Shown: piece after piece, positions 27,032 through 32,000 of the stretch
Layout of the letters: each line of letters starts with the position of its first letter
Numbering within the stretch: position 1 is the stretch's first letter
Assembly (NCBI GenBank): GCA_028698185.1
Contig: JAQVDW010000019.1
Location: forward strand, 1 to 32,000
Length of the DNA: 32,000 bases
Reading direction: 5' to 3'
Source of the DNA: Erysipelotrichaceae bacterium
GTDB taxonomy: Bacteria > Bacillota_I > Bacilli_A > Erysipelotrichales > Coprobacillaceae
Program-made: the position numbers and the translations under genes
The notes under the pieces: model-generated
Databases searched by the model: none
What the model was told of the DNA's origin: nothing
Seen by the model: only the letters and a program-made list of their open reading frames with translations

Positions 27032-27466
27032 ATGGGAATTAATGATCGTATCAGGGATTTCTTTGTGGAGCCGGACGAGGAAGACGAATTCGGCGGCGCA
27101 TACGAGGAAAAAAAGGAACCTGTGGAAGTTAAAAAAGTAGTGCAAAACGAGTTCGAACAGCCTAAATCCACCAATAATTCAAGGAAGATCCAGAGCATCG
27201 ATCCCCAAAGGGATGGTCATCTGGTCCTGTTCGAACCGCGTTCTTTCGATGAAACCCAGACTATTGCCAAGCTGCTAAAGGACAGCCGCTCGGCGGTGAT
27301 CAATCTGCACCGTCTTTCAAAAGATGAAGCGAAACGTGTAACCATCTTTTTAAGCGGTGTTATCTATGCGATCGACGGTACGATTCAGGTTGTTGGAGAG
27401 AAGACTTACCTCTGCACTCCAAACAATATGAATGTGACCGGAGAAATCGTCCTGGACGAAGAGTAG
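27032..27466 (+). CDS. sepF: Cell division protein SepF (canonical paralog)
   Basis: N-terminal amphipathic MGINDRIRDFF, an acidic/low-complexity linker, and a core LVLFEPRSFDETQTIAKLLKDSRSAVINL..FLSGVIYAIDGTIQVVGEKTYLCTPNNMNV that closely resembles B. subtilis SepF. Confidence 0.9.
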   Translation: MGINDRIRDFFVEPDEEDEFGGAYEEKKEPVEVKKVVQNEFEQPKSTNNSRKIQSIDPQRDGHLVLFEPRSFDETQTIAKLLKDSRSAVINLHRLSKDEAKRVTIFLSGVIYAIDGTIQVVGEKTYLCTPNNMNVTGEIVLDEE

Positions 27467-27476
27467 GAGTCAAATT

Positions 27477-27839
27477 ATGGCAAATCCAATCATAAACTTT
27501 TTCCTGGGCAACGATGACCAGGATGAAGAGTCAAATTCAAGAAATCACTTAGATAAGAAGGCTTATGAAGATAAAATCGATGCGGCCGTTGACGGGGATA
27601 TTGTCTTTTTCAAACCTGAAGATTCTAACAGCACGCGCAAATTTGTCGATTATCTCAAAGCCGGACGCTCGATAATCATCAATATCACCAATCTTTTGCC
27701 TGAATCCAAAAGCGAAACCCTGACATTTGTCCAGGGAGCCCTGCTGGTGCTTGAAGGACAAATGTTCGAAGTCGGTGTTGATATTTATTTGTGCACGCCA
27801 GCCCATATTGAAGTGGTGCGGCAATTAGGTCGATATTAA
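27477..27839 (+). CDS. SepF-like protein, divergent paralog 2
   Basis: N-terminal MANPIINFFLG (membrane-targeting-like) and core IVFFKPED..SIIINITNL..FVQGALLVLEGQMFEVGVDIYLCTPAHIEV. It has its own GGAG RBS in a 10-nt gap. Confidence 0.75.
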   Translation: MANPIINFFLGNDDQDEESNSRNHLDKKAYEDKIDAAVDGDIVFFKPEDSNSTRKFVDYLKAGRSIIINITNLLPESKSETLTFVQGALLVLEGQMFEVGVDIYLCTPAHIEVVRQLGRY

Positions 27840-27851
27840 AAGGAGCAAGCT

Positions 27852-28130
27852 ATGGAAACAAATATTACCGGAAGTAATGACGCGACTCTATTAGCCGGCG
27901 ACTATATCATTTATCAGCCTAGAAGTTATGATGAAGTGATGGTCATTTCCGACTATCTAAAAAACGCCCAAAGCGTGATTGTTAACCTCGAGATGATCGA
28001 TGAACAGACTTCAACATACCTGATCCATTTTTTAAGCGGGGTAATCTACGGCATTGACGGGGAGATCCACAATCTGGGACTAAAGACGTATCTGTGCACT
28101 CCAAGCACGATCGTTGTCGGCGGTTTTTAA
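27852..28130 (+). CDS. SepF-like protein, core-only paralog 3
   Basis: 92 aa. IIYQPRSYDEVMVISDYLKNAQSVIVNLE..FLSGVIYGIDGEIHNLGLKTYLCTPSTIVV. It has no N-terminal amphipathic helix or linker, and has its own AAGGAG RBS. Confidence 0.8.
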   Translation: METNITGSNDATLLAGDYIIYQPRSYDEVMVISDYLKNAQSVIVNLEMIDEQTSTYLIHFLSGVIYGIDGEIHNLGLKTYLCTPSTIVVGGF

Positions 28131-28135
28131 TTCGG

Positions 28136-28891
28136 ATGGCCTATTTCAAAGGTGAAGAACAGTTCATCAGCCAGATTCTCGATTTGAAAAACCAGGCGAT
28201 TGACAATCAAAAAATTGTGCGGACCCTTTTTCTGGATCCGTACCACCAGAAGATTGTCGAGCAGCTGATCGGATCGAATCCTTCGCTCCAGGTCGGGACC
28301 TTTGGCGGCTTTGGCGAGTGCGAATACGCCCGGATGGTGATCGCGCCTAGCTTTTATGAGCTTGAACAGGATGACTACCTGGTCCAGGTGATCAGAATCT
28401 CTTATCCCGACCGCTTTCGCAAACTTGAACACCGGGATGTCCTGGGGGCGCTGATGTCGCTGGGGCTCAAGCGCGAGCTTTTTGGCGACATCTATGAAAT
28501 CGACAGGGATTTCTATGTTGCCATCGACAAGCGTCAGGAACAGTATGTCATTTCCAATCTCAAGAAGATTGCGATTTTCAGTGTCAAGATCCATCCGGTT
28601 GACGAAATCGTCGAAGGGGTCGTTGAATTCGAAAAGGAAGTGTTCTTTGTCTCGTCTTACCGGCTTGACAAGATCATCGCGACATTGTTCAAGATCAACC
28701 GCTCATTGGCGGTTGATGCAATCGAATCCGGGATGGTCAAAGTTAATTACAAAACCGTTGAACAAATAAGTTTTTTATGCAATAATAACGATATAATATC
28801 CTTTAAAAAGCATGGCAAAGTTCGACTGAATTTTACCGAGCGGACCACGAAATCGAACAATTTCGTGATCGAGGGATATTTTTATACCTGA
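28136..28891 (+). CDS. ylmH: YlmH-type RNA-binding (S4 domain) protein
   Basis: The position between sepF and divIVA is the typical one. The C-terminal S4-like segment reads YRLDKIIATLFKINRSLAVDAIESGMVKVNYK. I chose the start at 28136 (MAYFKG). The ORF-track start at 28094 would overlap sepF3. Confidence 0.75.
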   Translation: MAYFKGEEQFISQILDLKNQAIDNQKIVRTLFLDPYHQKIVEQLIGSNPSLQVGTFGGFGECEYARMVIAPSFYELEQDDYLVQVIRISYPDRFRKLEHRDVLGALMSLGLKRELFGDIYEIDRDFYVAIDKRQEQYVISNLKKIAIFSVKIHPVDEIVEGVVEFEKEVFFVSSYRLDKIIATLFKINRSLAVDAIESGMVKVNYKTVEQISFLCNNNDIISFKKHGKVRLNFTERTTKSNNFVIEGYFYT

Positions 28892-28904
28892 AAGGAAGAG
28901 TGGG

Positions 28905-29357
28905 ATGAAAGAGTTTCGCAACGCGCTTTTTGGCTATTCGAAAAGCGAAGTTAATCAAAAATTTAAGTCTTTAACCGATCAGATCAGCGATTACCAAAAC
29001 CAGATTGAAACCCTTGAAAATTCCCTGCAAAGAAAACAAAACGAACTCGAGCAGGTCAATTCCCAGCTTTCAAAGGCCCTGAACCGGGTCGATGTGCTTG
29101 AAAAGACCCAGGAACAGATTGCCCGCATGGCCTTGAAGGAAGCTTCGACGCTGATAAACAAAGCCAAGCATAACGCGAATCTGATCTTGAGCGAGTCGTT
29201 GATGTACGTGCGCTCACTTTCGGGAGAAATGGATGATTTCAAAGAAAAAGCCGCTTCTTTTCGCAAGGCGGTCGTCAAGATGTCACAGGATATCCTGGAT
29301 ACCATTGACAATTCCGAACTTTTCACAATCATCGATGAAGACAAAAAAGAAAAATAA
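28905..29357 (+). CDS. divIVA: DivIVA domain-containing protein
   Basis: The N-terminal FRNALFGYSKSEVNQKF matches the DivIVA lipid-binding domain pattern (F..x.RGYxxxEVDxFL) and is followed by a coiled coil. Synteny is ylmH-divIVA-ileS. Confidence 0.8.
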   Translation: MKEFRNALFGYSKSEVNQKFKSLTDQISDYQNQIETLENSLQRKQNELEQVNSQLSKALNRVDVLEKTQEQIARMALKEASTLINKAKHNANLILSESLMYVRSLSGEMDDFKEKAASFRKAVVKMSQDILDTIDNSELFTIIDEDKKEK

Positions 29358-29359
29358 AT

Positions 29360-29572
29360 GCGTTGATAGAGACAGTTCGTTAGTGGCGTCTGCAGAGACC
29401 TAGTGGTTGGTGAAAACTAGGGGTTAAACTAATGATGAATCACTCTTGAGCAGCCCTTTGAATCGAGTAGGGGGAGCCGTTAGTCCCGTTAAGACTTCAA
29501 GCGAGTGTGCTTTCACACTAACTAAGGTGGTACCGCGATAATTCGTCCTTAATTTTTTAAGGACTTTTTTTA
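29360..29572 (+). promoter_or_regulatory. T-box riboswitch leader, Ile-specific (specifier AUC)
   Basis: Stem I AGAGA and GGTTGGTGAAAAC elements. The candidate specifier is ATC at 29439-29441, followed by A. The T-box sequence is AAGGTGGTACCGCGA (about 29524-29538). The terminator is gtccttaa-ttttt-ttaaggac (29545-29565) plus a T-run. Confidence 0.85.
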
Positions 29573-29589
29573 TTGGAGAGGAGAAACGA

Positions 29590-32000
29590 ATGAATTATAA
29601 AGATACCCTGTTAATGCCAAAAACTGCCTTCGAAATGCGAGGCAATCTGCCTAAAAAGGAGCCTAACTACGTTAAGCGCTGGCAGGAAACCAAAATGTAT
29701 GAGAAAGTGATTGCCCGGAACGAAGGCAATGAAAGCTTCATCTTCCATGATGGGCCGCCTTATGCCAACGGGAACCTTCATGCCGGGCACATGTTGAACA
29801 AAGTGCTCAAGGATGTGATCTGCCGTTACAACAACATGATCGGAAACTACACTCCGTTCATCCCGGGTTGGGACACGCATGGTCTTCCAATCGAAAATGC
29901 GATCCAGAAGCTAGGAGTCGACCGCAAGAAGATGCCGGTTGTCGAATTCCGTAAAAAATGCGAGGAATATGCCTACCAACAAGTTGCCAACCAGATGGAA
30001 CAACTTATCCGCATGGGGACTTTCGCCGATTATGAGCATCCTTATCTGACATTGATGAAGGAATACGAAGCCAACCAGATCGATGTATTTGGGAAAATGG
30101 CTTTGGATGGCCTTATCTTCAAAGGACTCAAACCGGTGTACTGGTCTCCTTCTTCCGAGTCGGCCCTGGCTGAAGCGGAAATCGAGTATCATGACATCAA
30201 GTCACCGACTATTTTCGTGAAATTTCCGGTCAAAGACGGAAAAGGAATCCTGAACAATGATGTTTCGTTTGTCATCTGGACGACAACTCCTTGGACGATT
30301 CCGGCCAACCTGGGAATCTGTCTCAATCCGGTTATGGTCTACGCCGTTGTCAAAACACCTAAAGGCAAACTGCTTGTTTTGGAACAGCTGGTCGCTTCTT
30401 TGATGGAGAAATTCGGAATCGAGGAGTACGGCATCGAGGCTGTATATCAAGGTAAACAGCTTGAATACATCACTTGCGCCCATCCGCTCTATGACCGTGA
30501 ATCGCTTGTCATCCTCGGGGACCACGTAACCGAAGAAGCCGGTACGGGATGTGTCCATACCGCTCCTGGATTCGGGGCCGACGACTTCATCGTGGGTCAA
30601 AAATACGGTTTGGAAACATTGTGCAACGTCGATGCCCACGGCAAGATGATGGCCAGCGCCGGTGCCTGGCTGGAAGGTCAGTATGTGGATGACGCCAACA
30701 AGACAGTCACTCAAAGACTAGACGAACTTGGGGTACTGCTGAAACTGGAATTCATCAAGCACAGCTACCCACATGACTGGCGTACAAAAAAACCGATCAT
30801 CTTCAGAGCTACCGACCAATGGTTCTGCTCACTTGACAAGATCCGCACCAAACTTCTTGATGAGATCGCCAAAGTCAACTGGCTTAACGAGTGGGGACAA
30901 ATCCGGATCCACAACATGATCAGGGACCGTGGTGACTGGTGCATTTCCCGCCAACGTTCATGGGGTGTGCCGATCCCGATCATCTACTGCGAAGATGGAA
31001 CTCCGATCATGGAAGAAGCGGTGTTCAACCATATTTCAAAACTATTCCGGGAAAATGGATCCAATATCTGGTTTGAAAAGGATGAAAAATTCCTGCTGCC
31101 GGAAGGTTATGTGAATGAACATTCACCTAACGGGGAATTCAAGAAGGAGACCGACATCATGGATGTCTGGTTTGATTCCGGTTCGTCACATACCGGTGTC
31201 ATCAAGGAAAGAGGATACTGCTATCCGGTTGATCTTTATTTCGAAGGTTCCGACCAGTACCGCGGTTGGTTCAACTCTTCATTGATCATCGGTACCGCGG
31301 CCCACAATCAGGCTCCTTACAAGACCGTTCTCTCGCATGGATTCGTCCTTGATGGAAAAGGCAACAAGATGTCAAAATCGCTTGGCAATACGGTCGATCC
31401 GATGAAACTGATGAACCAGTACGGTGCCGATATCGTCCGTCTGTGGGCGACAAGCGTTGCCTACACCCAGGATGTCCGCATCTCGGATGACATCATCAAA
31501 CAGGTTGCTGAATCATACAGAAAAATCCGCAACACGATGCGTTTCGTTCTTGGAAATATCGATGATTTCAAAGAAAGCGACCTGATTCCGGTTGAAAAAC
31601 TCAGCCAGGTTGACAAGTATATGCTCTCAAAACTTAACGATCTGATCAAGAATTACCATGAGGCTTTCAAGAACTATGATTTTGCCGAAGCCAACCATGA
31701 AATTCTCAACTATTTCACCAACACGCTTTCTTCATTCTATATGGATTTCACCAAGGATATCCTATATCTTGAAAAAGCCGACAGCTTGCGCCGGCGTCAG
31801 GTTCAGACGGTGCTTTACCACCATGGCAAAGTTCTAATGAAGCTGCTTTCACCGACTCTAGTCTTCACGGCCGAAGAACTCCATGACCATTTCAACTGCG
31901 ATGGCGAAAAAGCGGAATCTGTCTTCCTGGAAGCAATGCCGGAATCATTCGTGATTGAAGACGAAGCCAAGCTGCAGGAATTCTTTGACAAGTTCCTTGA
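29590..32000 (+). CDS. ileS: Isoleucine--tRNA ligase (5' partial; continues past the window end)
   Basis: [24 protein letters not shown] motif [33 protein letters not shown], and KMSKS (GNKMSKS near 31363-31383). GGAGAGGAG RBS. No in-frame stop occurs before the window end. Confidence 0.95.
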   Translation, partial: MNYKDTLLMPKTAFEMRGNLPKKEPNYVKRWQETKMYEKVIARNEGNESFIFHDGPPYANGNLHAGHMLNKVLKDVICRYNNMIGNYTPFIPGWDTHGLPIENAIQKLGVDRKKMPVVEFRKKCEEYAYQQVANQMEQLIRMGTFADYEHPYLTLMKEYEANQIDVFGKMALDGLIFKGLKPVYWSPSSESALAEAEIEYHDIKSPTIFVKFPVKDGKGILNNDVSFVIWTTTPWTIPANLGICLNPVMVYAVVKTPKGKLLVLEQLVASLMEKFGIEEYGIEAVYQGKQLEYITCAHPLYDRESLVILGDHVTEEAGTGCVHTAPGFGADDFIVGQKYGLETLCNVDAHGKMMASAGAWLEGQYVDDANKTVTQRLDELGVLLKLEFIKHSYPHDWRTKKPIIFRATDQWFCSLDKIRTKLLDEIAKVNWLNEWGQIRIHNMIRDRGDWCISRQRSWGVPIPIIYCEDGTPIMEEAVFNHISKLFRENGSNIWFEKDEKFLLPEGYVNEHSPNGEFKKETDIMDVWFDSGSSHTGVIKERGYCYPVDLYFEGSDQYRGWFNSSLIIGTAAHNQAPYKTVLSHGFVLDGKGNKMSKSLGNTVDPMKLMNQYGADIVRLWATSVAYTQDVRISDDIIKQVAESYRKIRNTMRFVLGNIDDFKESDLIPVEKLSQVDKYMLSKLNDLIKNYHEAFKNYDFAEANHEILNYFTNTLSSFYMDFTKDILYLEKADSLRRRQVQTVLYHHGKVLMKLLSPTLVFTAEELHDHFNCDGEKAESVFLEAMPESFVIEDEAKLQEFFDKFL

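Noticed and set aside
28094-28135. Upstream extension of ylmH overlapping sepF3
   Set aside because: It has no RBS and its sequence is Arg/Cys-rich junk. The ATG at 28136, just after the sepF3 stop, gives a typical YlmH N-terminus.
1-32000. Looked for CRISPR arrays, IS or transposase genes, integrases, long direct or inverted repeats, and defence-system gene sets
   Set aside because: I saw no regularly spaced repeats, no transposase- or integrase-like ORFs, and no recognisable defence domains. The window is core-genome housekeeping content.

Overview
This is a chromosomal window from a Bacillota (Firmicutes)-type genome. T-box leaders, strong AGGAGG-type ribosome-binding sites, and dcw/ylm synteny support that assignment. 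Gene order, left to right: tRNA-Arg(CCG); a Cof-type HAD hydrolase; a stand-alone aeRF1/Pelota-like (baeRF family) protein; panDCB (minus strand); metE with a convergent LysR regulator; about 400 nt of unexplained GC-rich noncoding DNA; an M18 aminopeptidase; and a Trp T-box-controlled trpE-G-D-C-(F-B fused)-A operon ending in a translationally coupled MnmM/YtqB-type methyltransferase. It continues with an HPr-like protein lacking the catalytic His15, then a compact cell-wall/division cluster: mraY-murD-murG-murB-divIB, ftsA-ftsZ-proC, three tandem sepF paralogs, ylmH and divIVA. The window ends with an Ile T-box and the 5' part of ileS. A cobalamin-riboswitch-controlled small membrane protein, resembling an ECF S component, sits antisense between divIB and ftsA. 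I saw no CRISPR array, IS element, prophage or recognisable defence genes. The items most worth a second look are the triple SepF array, the baeRF-like factor with its long leader, the His15-less HPr, the orphan structured GC-rich intergenic block, and the B12-regulated gene inside the dcw cluster. All functional calls rest on by-eye motif and homology recognition and were not verified by searches.
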